35,444 nt of DNA. Source: Octopus bimaculoides (lineage: Eukaryota). The stretch covers positions 59,981,138 to 60,016,581 of the forward strand of contig NC_068984.1 in the NCBI RefSeq assembly GCF_001194135.2, written 5' to 3'. Shown here piece by piece: positions 1-10,926 of this stretch. The notes beneath the pieces are model-generated. The model saw only the letters and a program-made list of their open reading frames with translations, ran no database searches and had not been told where the DNA came from. Position 1 is the stretch's first letter, and the number at the start of each line of letters is the position of its first letter. A program made the position numbers and the translations under genes.

Positions 1-338
1 ACTAGAAATAAGGCATCAGTAGTGCTTTTACCTGGCACGAACCCAAACTGCATCTCATCTAAATTGATTCGCTCCCTAATTAGTTGGGCTATGACCCTCT
101 CTGTAACTTTCATAACCTGATCTAACAGCTTGATGCCTCTGTAATTATTTGTATCTAAAGCGTCCCCTTTACCTTTGTAGCAGTTGACTATGATGCTGCT
201 ACACCAGTCATAGGGTATGACTCCTTCGTGTATCACCTGGTTCGTAATACGGGTGACTAGGCTATAGCCAACACTGCCAGATATTTTGAGCATCTCTGCA
301 GTGATTCCTGATGGGCCGGGGGCTTTCCCGGTCTTCAT
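1..338 (-). mobile_element. RTE-clade LINE ORF2 fragment (start of reverse transcriptase), runs off the window edge
   Basis: Manual translation, no stop in 112 codons: MKTGKAPGPSGITAEMLKISG...IPYDWCSSIIVNCYKGKGDALDTNNYRGIKLL...EMQFGFVPGKSTTDALFL. It carries the non-LTR RT motifs KAPGPxGI, KGKG...NYRGI and QFGFxPGxSTxDA. Absent from the ORF track because it has no stop inside the window. Confidence 0.93.
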
Positions 339-414
339 GTTTATTATATATATAGCTGCCAACATATTTTGTAAACCCTTTTGTGTAACACATTTTGCAT
401 TTTGAAAGCAGGTG

Positions 415-820
415 CATGAATGGATATGTGGTAAGATGTTTGTTTCACATGGTTTCAAGTTCAATCCCACTGCATGGTACCTTGGGCAGGTGTCCTCTAC
501 TATAGCTCCAGGCCAACCAAGTCTTGTGAGTGGATTTTTGCAGATGGAAACTGAATGAAACTCAACATATATGTGTGTGTGTGTTGTCTCTTTGCCATGA
601 TGTGATAGTTGTAAATAAATGCCAATGTTATACAACTGATGTCCCTTGTTTCCAATTGTCTGTGAAACATGTCTAGTTGTGGGTAAATATTTCCTTATTT
701 GGAAATAGGTGAGAGTTCGTGACAGGAAAGTCATCTGGCTATTAAAAAAAAAAAAACACCTCAACAAATTCTGTCCAGTCTATTTGAGCATGGAGAACAG
801 GACATTAAAGTCATAATAAT
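415..820 (+). mobile_element. tRNA-derived SINE (family A head/body joined to a family B-type tail), degenerate
   Basis: Head tgtggtaag...ggtttcaagttcaatcccactgc, then ggtaccttgggcaggtgtcctctactatagc...gtgagtggatttt shared with the copies at 9896, 10927 and 28335; ends gcatggagaacaggacattaaa. Confidence 0.8.
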
Positions 821-1204
821 GAAAGAAAGAATTATTATTGATATGATTCTTATATGGCAATATGAATTGGAATTAACATTGTGAAATACTATTTAGAGAG
901 AGACAGCTGAAGTTAGAGATGGAGGTGTTGCTTTCATATAAATTTGTTGAAATATAGGTGAAAGTAGTATCCCTAGTAAATGTGCTACTCTCAGCATGTG
1001 CTTCTATGCCAGAGAATTACGGTTGGGTGATTGTACTACCCCTTGATGATAAGAGTAACTCTGGATCTGTGGAGTTTTGTGTTTGATCTTAGGTGATAGT
1101 TCTCTTCTGGTGATTCAGTTACACATTTGTATTCTGTGTTTATCATTTTATCCTTTTTTCCCTTTCATTCATTTATTTGTAATGTAAACTGATCCATCAA
1201 GATC

Positions 1205-1460
1205 ATCATCATCATCACCGTTTAATGTCCGCTTTCCATGCTAGTATGGGTTGGACGATTTGACTGAGGACTGGTGAACCAGATTTGGCAGAGTTTCTAC
1301 AGCTGGATGCCCTTCCTAACGCCAACACTCCAAGAGTGTAGTGGGTGCTTTTACGTGCCACCGGCACGAAGGCCAGTCAGGAGGTACTGGCAATGGCCAT
1401 GCTCAAATTGGTGTATTTTACGTGCCACCTGCACAGGGGTCAGTCCAGTGGTACTGGCAG
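1205..1460 (-). mobile_element. SINE family B (aggaagggcatccagctgtagaaac core, (ATG)n tail)
   Basis: Reverse complement of the core at 8990-9060 and 25580-25720; (CAT)n at 1203-1217 is the tail. Confidence 0.85.
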
Positions 1461-1914
1461 TTATTGTAATGTCCCTTTTTAGGTTCTTAAAAAGGGTGAT
1501 GAAAACTTCTTAAGAAACATGAGGGTAAAGAAAGATGTGCTTTCTCTTAGTGAAGTTGTCAAAAGGTGGGTGACTGTGGCGAAAGTGTTAGAATGAATGG
1601 AACTACTTCAAGCATGCATCTGTTGATTGGAAAACATCAGTTGGGTGAGGGCTTGTGCCCTTAATAATCAGGGTGGTCCTGGATCTATAGGGTTCCTTGA
1701 TTGGCTCTAGTTGGAGGTTCTCCTATATCAGGAGGACTGCATCATAGATGTTTTCACATATTTTGTATACTATGTATATTTCATCTCATTTCTCATTTCT
1801 CCCTTTCTTTTCCTATTGTAAACTGTCTTTGTAATGTTCCCCATCATCTAATGATCCTGTGGCAAATAAAAAACATCCCTTTCCTCTTCATCATCATAGT
1901 CATTAGCAAGGGTT

Positions 1915-2150
1915 TTGGATTGGCAGAATCATTAATATATCAGACAAAATGCTTTGCAATATTTCTTTCAGCTTTCTATGTTCTGAGTTCAAATCCCACC
2001 AAGGTCATCTTTGCCTTTCATCTTTTCTGAGGGGGTGGGGGTGATGAGTTTGATAAAATTGAAAAGTATCAGTCTAGTACTGGGGTTGATGTAATTAACA
2101 CACCCTACTTCTTAAAATTTCTGGCCTTGTGTCTAAATTTGAAACAATTA
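1915..2150 (+). mobile_element. SINE family C (tRNA head plus ctttgcctttcatc...gataaaat..agtacca central domain)
   Basis: B-box-like gagttcaaatccc followed by tttgcctttcatc; homologous to the minus copies at 6812, 16612 and 27405. The central segment resembles the Deu/Nin-type SINE domain as I recall it (not verified). Confidence 0.75.
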
Positions 2151-2389
2151 TTACTTTAACCTTTGTTTCACAAATTTTGCAATTTTACTCCCAGCTTAAA
2201 CATTCTTTCGTTTTAATTTTCTTTTTTTTTTTTTTGAAGGTAGGTTCATGTTTTCATATTCTTTTTCTATTAACATTTATTTCTATTTTTGCATGATCCA
2301 ACTAGTTTTTAGTTTGGTTTCTAATTATATTCCTGTGACTATGAAATTAACAAAATTTTAAACAAAAACGAATGAATGTTTTATTCTAT

Positions 2390-2600
2390 TCCTTTATTAA
2401 TCTGCCTTCTCTTTCACTTTTTATTTTCTTTCTCTCTCTCATAATCATTCTTCACCTTGTTCTCTTTATCTTTCTCTCTTTCTTCCATTTACATTCATTC
2501 TTAACCTTTCTCATTTTATCTTTCTCTCCTCCCTCCCCCTTCCTCTCTCTTTCTCTCCTTCTTCTTTATGTTCCTTCTCCTCCTCACTATATTTCTCAGT
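2390..2600. repeat. CT-rich low-complexity tract
   Basis: Pyrimidine-rich run visible directly; it generates the spurious Leu/Phe/Ser ORF 2372-2602. Confidence 0.8.
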
Positions 2601-3039
2601 AAATATTTACCACATTCTTAAGTGAATATCTGTTGAAAATTAAAAATTACAACTCTTCTGTCAATTGGTCGAAGTTTACTTAATTGCTTTTTATTCCTTC
2701 CCCTGCACATCCCCACTACACAAGAAAAAAAAAACCCGGCGAAATTGATAAAAAAATTTAAATAATGAAAATAATGATGATAATTTCTTACATTTTGAAA
2801 ATAAAATGATTTCTAACATATAATGATAGCAAAGACAACAACACCAGCAGCAATAATATGAGTAATTACTTCTCACATTGGCACAAAGCACTAATCACAA
2901 TAATTATGATTTCTAAAATTTTTTTATATATAATGATAACAACAACAACAATTATTTCTAATTATTTATATGTAATGATAACACCACCACCACCAGTAAT
3001 AATGATGATGATGATGATGATGATAGCAGCTGTTCAATG

Positions 3040-3400
3040 CAGCTCCACAAGTCAGCAATGCTTGGTCACAATGAATATGTACAGAATAGTTTCCCCATTC
3101 TCCATACATCTAAAGAAGGGCCCAGCTGATGGTACTTCGTTGCCCATGTATTTTGTTATGGTAATGTGCTTGGTAGCAATGTTAGGTCCCAGGGATTTTT
3201 AGTAGTTGTCCATAAGTCCTTTGGCCAAAAGTCCTCTAATGCAAACCAGCCAGTTGGTTCACAGTAATGTCCAGGTTTCTGCCAAGAAAATTGTTGCTTT
3301 TCTCTATCTAACACTAGTCTTTTTATAGAATGCTGCTGCTGCTGTTGAGGACACTACCTTCAAAATACTTATATTTGTCACATCCCTGTTTACACCCACT
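3040..3400 (-). mobile_element. Highly decayed RTE-like LINE fragment (post-RT region)
   Basis: Minus frames give AETWTLL and FGQRTYGQLLKIP(W)D with frameshifts, similar to the RTE AETWTL...F.QRCLR.ILxIxWxD segment. Weak and multiply disrupted. Confidence 0.4.
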
Positions 3401-3602
3401 ACTAAACTTGCTCTTTGGGTCCAGGAAGATTATCCACACTGCTACCCTGCTGCATGATCCCTAAGATACAGTGGGTAACCTTACATGCAGCAAAGAAATC
3501 TTGTCCTCAGCGAAGGCCACCACATCTTTGTTTAGTTTCCTTCAGTTATTGAGCAAATGATTTTGCTTTCAAGCTGACTCCAGGTCACAAACATATGTAT
3601 AT

Positions 3603-3634
<32 letters not shown>

Positions 3635-4175
3635 TTAATGTCTGTTGTCCATGCTGGCATGGGTTGGCCGGTTTGACCAGGGCTGGTAAGCTGAGGGGCT
3701 GCACCAGACTCCAGTCTGATTTGGCATGGTTTCTATGACAGGGTGTCCTTCCTAACACCAACCACTCCAGAAGTGTAATGAGTGCTTTTGCATGCCACTG
3801 GCAAGGGTGCCTGTTGCACAACACCAGTATCTGCCACGACTATGATTTCACTTAGCTTGATGGGTCTTCTCAAGCGTGGCATATTGTCACATGTTTCTGT
3901 CATTTGTCATTGCCTCTGTGAGGCCCAACACTTGAAAGGTGCTTTTTATGTGCCACCAGCATGGGTGCTAGTTGCATGACTCTGGTATTGGCCACATTGC
4001 CTCCATGAAGTCCAATGCTCGAATGGTGCTGTTTACATGACACTAGCATGGGTGCCAGTTATGTGATACTGGCATTGGCCACAACTACGATTTCACTTGG
4101 CTTGATAGGTCTTCTCAAGCATGGCAAGACCCATCAAGCCAAGTAAAATCGTAATTGTGGCTGATGCCGGTGTCA
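3603..4175 (-). mobile_element. Long SINE family B copy with internal sub-repeat array and terminal inversion
   Basis: (CAT)n tail at 3603-3633, core at 3720-3790, repeated units tgccactggcatgggtgcc and acgatttcacttggcttgat..gtcttctcaagc. Paralogous to 22870-23460. Confidence 0.85.
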
Positions 4176-4544
4176 ACTACTATAATAATACACTTGTGCT
4201 TTTTTCCGTCACAACATATGCACGAGAAAGGAAGGGGTGATAGATGAAGAAGGAAGGAAGGAAGGAGTGATAGCAAAGTGGTAGTGGGATGATGAAAATT
4301 CTATGGTGAAAAAAAATCAAACAGTGTTTCAACTGTGTGAGTATATGTGTGTGCATGTAAAAGAAGATATGTGAATGTGTGTATGTGTGTTTGTGTGCGT
4401 GCGTGTGTGTCTGTGTGTGTGTGTGTGTGCAATGGAAGTGGGATCATGAACATTCAGCGCTGAAAAGAAAAATCAAACAGCATTTCAACTCTGTGTGAGT
4501 GTATGTGTGTGCATGTACAAGGGAAATATGCGAATGTATGTTTG

Positions 4545-5081
4545 AACCAGCATTCTTTCAGTAACAAACGATGATCGATGTCACATCTCAAAAGACAACC
4601 ACTAGATAATGTTAACAAGTGTATTAATTTGATTTACCATCCATATTCTATCTGTTTTGTTAAAAATAATTATCACAATCACACACCTACACAAACATGT
4701 ACATATACAAACTCATTAGAGAAAATAATTATTGCCTTAGTGTATCAAGAATATAAGATGGCTGCACACATCTTAATTTAACAGTTTATACACGTCCTTA
4801 ATTTATTTATATTTAGGAATTTTTACCCATTGCTCTTTCAGTAACTATACATAAACTAACCAGTGTTCATTCAATAATTAACGATGATCTGTGTCACATC
4901 TCAAAATACAACCACTAGATAACATTGACAACTGTATTAATTTGAATTACCATTCATATTCTATCTGTTTTGTTAAAAATAATTATTACAGTCACATACA
5001 CCTACACAAACATATACATATACAAATTCATTAGTGAAAATAATCATTGCCTGAGTGTATCAAAAATATAAAACGACTGCA
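4545..5081. repeat. Diverged tandem duplication, about 220-bp units at about 313-bp period
   Basis: 4545-4767 versus 4858-5081 align by eye, sharing the identical block catattctatctgttttgttaaaaataattat. Confidence 0.9.
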
Positions 5082-5439
5082 GTTGAAAGGTATATTATAA
5101 ATTTGGTAATAAAAGAATTATTAAACTAAAAACTTGGTTTTGTACCTTATTTATATATAAAATTCAACAATTAGCCGTCATTTTTGATGGCACAGAGCCA
5201 GCTAGTATATATATAATCAACAGATGAGGTCCATAAATGCTCAGTATAGAAAACAGTAGCACTCAAATATTTTGAACTTACACTATGAAATCTTTACCAG
5301 GGACTTAGTTTACGGAGTGAAGAGTGGCTATGAGAGGAATCCATTGAACTGATATGGAGATAATGATGCAAATAAACAAATGAACCAAAACAGTCTTATT
5401 TGTTTATTTGCATCATTATCTCTGTTTGTCTCTGTATGT

Positions 5440-5552
5440 CTGCCTTCTCTGTCTGTCTGTCTGTCTGTGTTTCTCTGTCTGTCTGTCTGTCTGTCTGTCT
5501 GTGTCTGTCTCTCTCTGTATGTATGTATGTATAATATATACACACACACACA
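5440..5552. repeat. Compound (TCTG)n/(GTAT)n/(CA)n microsatellite
   Basis: Direct reading. Confidence 0.9.
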
Positions 5553-5742
5553 AGATTAGGATAAAAGTGGTAATTTTGCTACAATTATTATTGTTTTTTT
5601 TTATATCATGAATTACATAATCTTTACAAGTTTCACGAGTGTATACTGGTATGCTATGCAGTACAGTTCTATATTTAAGAGATGAGGAATTATGTACATT
5701 ATTTACATTCAACGGATATTTGTCCACATCTTGTTTGTTGTT

Positions 5743-5788
5743 AACACAACGTTTCGGTTGATATACCCTCCAACCTTCTTCAGGTGTC
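5743..5788 (-). ncRNA. Minimal type-I hammerhead ribozyme (Penelope-like element associated)
   Basis: Minus strand GACAC-CUGAAGA-A-GGUUG(gagggtatat)CAACC-GAAAC-GUU-GUGUU. Shows the core, a 5-bp stem II, stem I GACAC/GUGUU and a loopless palindromic stem III (AACGUU), as described for dimeric Penelope hammerheads. The cleavage triplet would be GUU, which is suboptimal. Confidence 0.75.
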
Positions 5789-5859
5789 TTGGGGAAATTT
5801 CAGACCTGGGTTCTCATTCCTAAGGTACTTTTCGATGTTGTTATTATTATTATTATTAT

Positions 5860-5938
5860 TATTCAGGTCACTGCTTGGAATCGAACTCGGAATCTTGGGG
5901 TTAGTACCCTGCGCTCTTAACCACTACACCATATGCCC
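5860..5938 (-). mobile_element. Short tRNA-derived element (SINE head) with (AAT)n tail
   Basis: GGGCATATGGTGTAGTGGTTAAGAGCGC...GAGTTCGATTCC gives A- and B-boxes; no acceptor-stem pairing, so it is not a tRNA gene. Confidence 0.7.
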
Positions 5939-6183
5939 ATTGGCATATGGCGTAGTGTTTTTTTTCCTTTTCTGACTTGTAATTTTTGTGCTTTTCTTGT
6001 CATGGTGGTAGATGTCGATGGTTGGTTGATGAACTTTCTGCTACATTGTAGCTTTCAGCTTGGAAGTATCTTTTTTTGCTTCTAATTTTCTTTTTATCCT
6101 AATAAAAATGACTTCATATAAAGACCCCAGAGTTGGAGAGGCCTAAAGTGGAGGTGTATTTGTGTATGTGAATATATATTGCT

Positions 6184-6187
6184 GTGT

Positions 6188-6240
<53 letters not shown>
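6184..6240. repeat. (GT)n microsatellite
   Basis: Direct reading. Confidence 0.95.
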
Positions 6241-6242
<2 letters not shown>

Positions 6243-6811
6243 TATTTTGGTGAATGGTGAACGTTTTGGAAGTGACAAAGTTTCCTTTGATTGTGCTGAT
6301 GATGGCAGCAGAACTATCTTTTCTGAACTCTGTGGTTGGTCTTTGCTGTTGCCATTGTTGTATTGGAAATTTCTGCAATTGTTGTGGTCATTGCTGGTGT
6401 TACTGTTGTTTTTGTTGCTGTTGCTTTCACTATGAGTGGCAATCTCCTCTCATCTTTTTATATTGCCTCTCATTCTATCCACTTGTTGGCCAGTTGTCAA
6501 ACATGATGTCAGATTGTAATGCCCCCCCCCCCTGTACGATGAGAAAACAAATTGACCTGACCAGTCCCTTATGGTTGTGGTCAGTTCTACAATAAAGTGA
6601 AATGCAAAAAGTGAACCAAAATGGCACTAAATAAGCAAACTATTGACATAGGTTTCTATCATTTATGAAGGGAGACAAAACATGACTTGTAAGAATAAGA
6701 ATAATAGTAGTAGGATCATGACTTGGATCATGACAACTCATACCAGCATGGAAAATGGGTATGTAATGAATAATCATGGTATTCATACTACTAATAATAA
6801 TAATAATAATA

Positions 6812-7028
6812 ATGGTTTCAAGTTTTGGCACAAGGCCAGCAAATTTAGGGCAAGGGCAGGTCAATTGCATCGACTCCAGTGATCAATTGCAACTTATTTT
6901 GTCGACTCCAAAAAGATGAAAGGCAAAGTCGACCTCAGCGGCAGTTGAACTCAGAATATAAAGACAAGTGAAATGCTGCTAAGTATTTTACCTAGTGTGC
7001 TAATGCTTCTGCCAGCTCGCTGCCTTAA
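6812..7028 (-). mobile_element. SINE family C, near full length
   Basis: gatgaaaggcaaagtcgacctcagcggcagttgaactcagaa...ctgccagctcgctgcctta is the reverse complement of the family C head and domain; (AAT)n tail at 6792-6812. Confidence 0.85.
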
Positions 7029-7029
7029 A

Positions 7030-7088
<59 letters not shown>

Positions 7089-7211
7089 AATAATAACAAT
7101 AATAATAATAACGATGATGATGAGGATGAAAATAATAACAATAATAATAATAATAATGATGATGAAAATAAGAACAATAATAATAATGATGATGATGATG
7201 AAAATAATAAC

Positions 7212-7256
<45 letters not shown>

Positions 7257-7257
7257 C
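7029..7257. repeat. (AAT)n/(GAT)n trinucleotide array with a higher-order unit (gatgaaaataataacaataat)
   Basis: Direct reading; source of the poly-Ile/Met ORFs. Confidence 0.95.
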
Positions 7258-7259
7258 CT

Positions 7260-7665
7260 TTCTATAGGATTATTAGGCACTAGGCCTGAAATTTTTGGGG
7301 AGGAAGCTAGTTAATTCCATTGACCCTGTGCATAACTGGTACTTATTTCATCAACCCTGAAAGGATGAAAAGCAAAGTGGACCTCGGTGGAATCGTTTCA
7401 GTCATTAGACTGTGGCCATGCTGGAACACCAACTTGAAGGAACCCAGTATTTATTTTTCAAGTTAGTATTTATTTTGTCAGTCTCTTTTGCCAAACTGCT
7501 AAGTTATGTGGATATAAATAAACGAATATCCATTGCCATGTAGTGTGTGTGTAGGACATATACAGATACAAAGACACACAGACATGGGGTTGATTTTTGA
7601 GACAAAACACCTTAAAGCAGTGTCTCACCATGGCTGCAGTCCAATGACTGAAACAAATAAAAGAT
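7260..7665. mobile_element. Cluster of SINE fragments: family C (minus), family A tail (minus), family A tail (plus)
   Basis: aaaggatgaaaagcaaagtggacctcggtgg; cagtcattagactgtggccatgctgg; catggctgcagtccaatgactgaaacaa. Confidence 0.7.
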
Positions 7666-7922
7666 AAAGAATCCTTCCATCCATCTCTCCGTCTATCTAT
7701 TCATTCATTCATCCACCCATTCATCCATCTGATGGGCTTTGAAAATTTCTGTCTATTGAATTCACTCACAAGGACTTCTATACGAAAGGAGGATCTGTGT
7801 TGTTAATAAAACTGGGTGAATGGACTGCACCTTTGATAAATGAAATAATATGCAAAAATAGATAGAATTCTTATGAAGATAGATTGGGTCATGTTTAAAA
7901 GATGTTTATATTTTGCCAAGTA

Positions 7923-7926
<4 letters not shown>

Positions 7927-8010
<84 letters not shown>
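7927..8010. repeat. (AG)n microsatellite
   Basis: Direct reading. Confidence 0.97.
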
Positions 8011-8011
<1 letters not shown>

Positions 8012-8299
8012 AATGGTTTGAATAACCCAAGTGAAATTCTCATCATCATTATAATATATAAATGTTGTCTTTTGATATTGGAATCAATAGACTGTTGGGC
8101 GACAACAAACTTAATAACACCATTATGATACAGTTGGCAGTGTATCAGTTCTTGTAACGAAAATGTGCTGGCATTGAGCCTCTGCTAACAAGTATCTGGT
8201 TTAGCAATTACAAATGAAGATGTGATGGAGGGAATCTTTATCACTTTTGGCTTCATGTCACTGGATTTCTGGTTCTTTTTTCTCTCTGTCCTTACTTCT

Positions 8300-8436
<137 letters not shown>

Positions 8437-8786
8437 NNNNNNNNNNNNNNNNNNNNNNNNNNNNNNNNNNNNNNNNNNNNNNNNNNNNNNNNNNNNNNNN
8501 NNNNNNNNNNNNNNNNNNNNNNNNNNNNNNNNNNNNNNNNNNNNNNNNNNNNNNNNNNNNNNNNNNNNNNNNNNNNNNNNNNNNNNNNNNNNNNNNNNNN
8601 NNNNNNNNNNNNNNNNNNNNNNNNNNNNNNNNNNNNNNNNNNNNNNNNNNNNNNNNNNNNNNNNNNNNNNNNNNNNNNNNNNNNNNNNNNNNNNNNNNNN
8701 NNNNNNNNNNNNNNNNNNNNNNNNNNNNNNNNNNNNNNNNNNNNNNNNNNNNNNNNNNNNNNNNNNNNNNNNNNNNNNNNNNNNNN
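8437..8786. other. Assembly gap (350 N)
   Basis: Run of N. Confidence 1.
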
Positions 8787-9105
8787 GGGGCAAGCGAAAG
8801 CGAAATCGGGATGGCACCTGTGCCCAGCGTCGCCTTTCTAGCACTTGTGCCCATGGCATGTGTAAGGACTTTCGAGCGAGATCGTTGCCAGTGCCCCTGG
8901 ACTGGCTCTTGTGTGGGTGGCACATAAAATACACCATTTTAGCGTGGCCGTTGCCAATACCACCTGACTGGCCTTCGTGCCGGTGGCATGTAAAAGCACC
9001 CACTACACTCTCAGAGTGGTTGGCCTTAGGAAGGGCAACCAGCTGTAGAAACTCTGCCAAATCAGATTGGAGCCTGGTGTTGCCATCTGGTTTCACCAGT
9101 CCTAA
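8787..9105 (+). mobile_element. SINE family B copy, relatively young (CpGs retained)
   Basis: gtgccggtggcatgtaaaagcacccactacactctcagagtggttggccttaggaagggcaaccagctgtagaaactctgccaaatcagattgg. Confidence 0.85.
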
Positions 9106-9671
9106 AGGTCCCTTCCAGGGGCCATCTTATCGATTTTTTCAACAATCTAAGTATGTCACAAGGTTTCCAGACATGAGTTCTACTCACTTGTCAAGTTTCA
9201 TCAAAATCAATAAAACGATGTAGGAGGAGTTAGCTAACAACGCCACAAACAAACACATACCGATTTTCCACATGTTGTTTGCCACTATTCCTCCGCATTA
9301 CAAATTTAATTTAATTTAATTTAATTTGTTTCTGCGGGAAGAACTATTCTAACCATGCGTCCTGCCCCAATTCTTCGAAACGCTTAGTTTAGAATAGGGG
9401 CAGCTGATGAAGGAAATATTCTCTATGTGGCCTGTTTGTTTTCTGTGCTCTGTTTATGTTCTGTTTTTCATTTTGCCCACGTTTTTTTTGTGACGTCCTG
9501 TACCCAGATATGCATCTATATATACATGTAGATGTAAGTTTGTAAATACATGTACGTATATATGCATATACTCACATATTATTTGTATTATATATATACA
9601 TATAAGCACAAAAATTCTATGCACATTCAGCTTTTTAATGAACAATGTTACTCTGCTCTTATTAACAGATT

Positions 9672-9890
9672 CTTTTACTTGTTTTAGTCATGTGACTGCA
9701 GCCATGCTGGAGCACTACCTTGAAGGGTTTTAATCAAACAAATCGACCTCCAGGATTTATTTATATTTTTTAAAGCCTAGTACTTATTCTATCAGTTTCT
9801 TTTACTAAAACTGCTAAGTTACGGGGACATAAATGCACCAACACTAGTTGTCAAGTGGTGATGGGGTGAGGGACAAACACAAACACACAT
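9672..9890 (-). mobile_element. SINE family A 3' half
   Basis: Reverse complement of the 11060-11260 body and tail (ctgctaagttacggggac, gccatgctggagcac). Confidence 0.85.
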
Positions 9891-9895
9891 ATATA

Positions 9896-10030
9896 GGTGC
9901 AGGTATGACTGTGTGGTAAGAAGTTTGTTTCCCAAGCACATGGTTCTGGGTTCAGTTCCACTGCGTGGCACCTTGGGTAAGTGTCTTCTACTATAGCCTC
10001 AGGCTGACCAAAGCCTTGTGGCCTGTCATA

Positions 10031-10062
<32 letters not shown>

Positions 10063-10240
10063 TGTGTTTGTGTGTCTGTGTTGTGTTGTTTATCCCCATA
10101 ACTTAGTGGTTTGGCAAAAGAGAACGATAGAACAAGTACTAGGTTTACAAATAATAAATCCTGGGGTTGATTTGTTCGACTAAAGGCAGTGCTCCAGCAT
10201 GGTCACAGTCAAATGTCTTAAAAAGTAAAAGAATAAAAGT
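9896..10240 (+). mobile_element. SINE family A, full length
   Basis: Head ggtgcaggtatgactgtgtggtaagaag...gggttcagttccactgcgtggcaccttggg, internal (GT)n, tail gtgctccagcatggtcacagtc...gtaaaagaataaaag. Confidence 0.9.
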
Positions 10241-10445
10241 ATATCTATCTATATATATATATATATGTTGTAAACAAGCTCATAAGTGCTGAGTGAGTTG
10301 GTATTCTACAGAAAATAAAGGAATAAAGGATGGCTGTGAAGAGAGGTAAGAAAATCATTAAGCTAAGAGACCCCCAGGAGTCTCTTAGCTTAATGGTACA
10401 GAACACACAGCAAAAATTCCTTTATTTTCTGTTGAATATATATAT

Positions 10446-10446
<1 letters not shown>

Positions 10447-10506
<60 letters not shown>
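10447..10506. repeat. (CA)n microsatellite abutting the gap
   Basis: Direct reading. Confidence 0.95.
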
Positions 10507-10926
10507 NNNNNNNNNNNNNNNNNNNNNNNNNNNNNNNNNNNNNNNNNNNNNNNNNNNNNNNNNNNNNNNNNNNNNNNNNNNNNNNNNNNNNNNNNNNNNN
10601 NNNNNNNNNNNNNNNNNNNNNNNNNNNNNNNNNNNNNNNNNNNNNNNNNNNNNNNNNNNNNNNNNNNNNNNNNNNNNNNNNNNNNNNNNNNNNNNNNNNN
10701 NNNNNNNNNNNNNNNNNNNNNNNNNNNNNNNNNNNNNNNNNNNNNNNNNNNNNNNNNNNNNNNNNNNNNNNNNNNNNNNNNNNNNNNNNNNNNNNNNNNN
10801 NNNNNNNNNNNNNNNNNNNNNNNNNNNNNNNNNNNNNNNNNNNNNNNNNNNNNNNNNNNNNNNNNNNNNNNNNNNNNNNNNNNNNNNNNNNNNNNNNNNN
10901 NNNNNNNNNNNNNNNNNNNNNNNNNN
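10507..10926. other. Assembly gap (420 N)
   Basis: Run of N. Confidence 1.

Noticed and set aside
3780-4110. Repeat-spacer-like array resembling CRISPR
   Set aside because: Eukaryotic context, no cas genes, the spacers are themselves repeated, and the array lies inside a SINE.
5860-5938. tRNA gene with CTA (amber suppressor) anticodon
   Set aside because: No acceptor stem, non-canonical anticodon loop and an (AAT)n tail; it is a SINE head.
6951-7314. Poly-Ile/Met/Leu ORFs (also 15170-15540, 27760-28072, 34749-35124, 5328-5727, 7803-8128)
   Set aside because: Translations of microsatellites that lack stop codons.
9110-9300. Possible Helitron/Helentron-like non-autonomous element (aagtttcatcaaaatc...ggaggagttagc)
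   Set aside because: Only a remembered motif resemblance; no termini or second copy in the window.
9360-9440. CTGATGA and GAAAC near a 12/13-bp hairpin as a third hammerhead
   Set aside because: The order and pairing of stems do not give a valid hammerhead topology.
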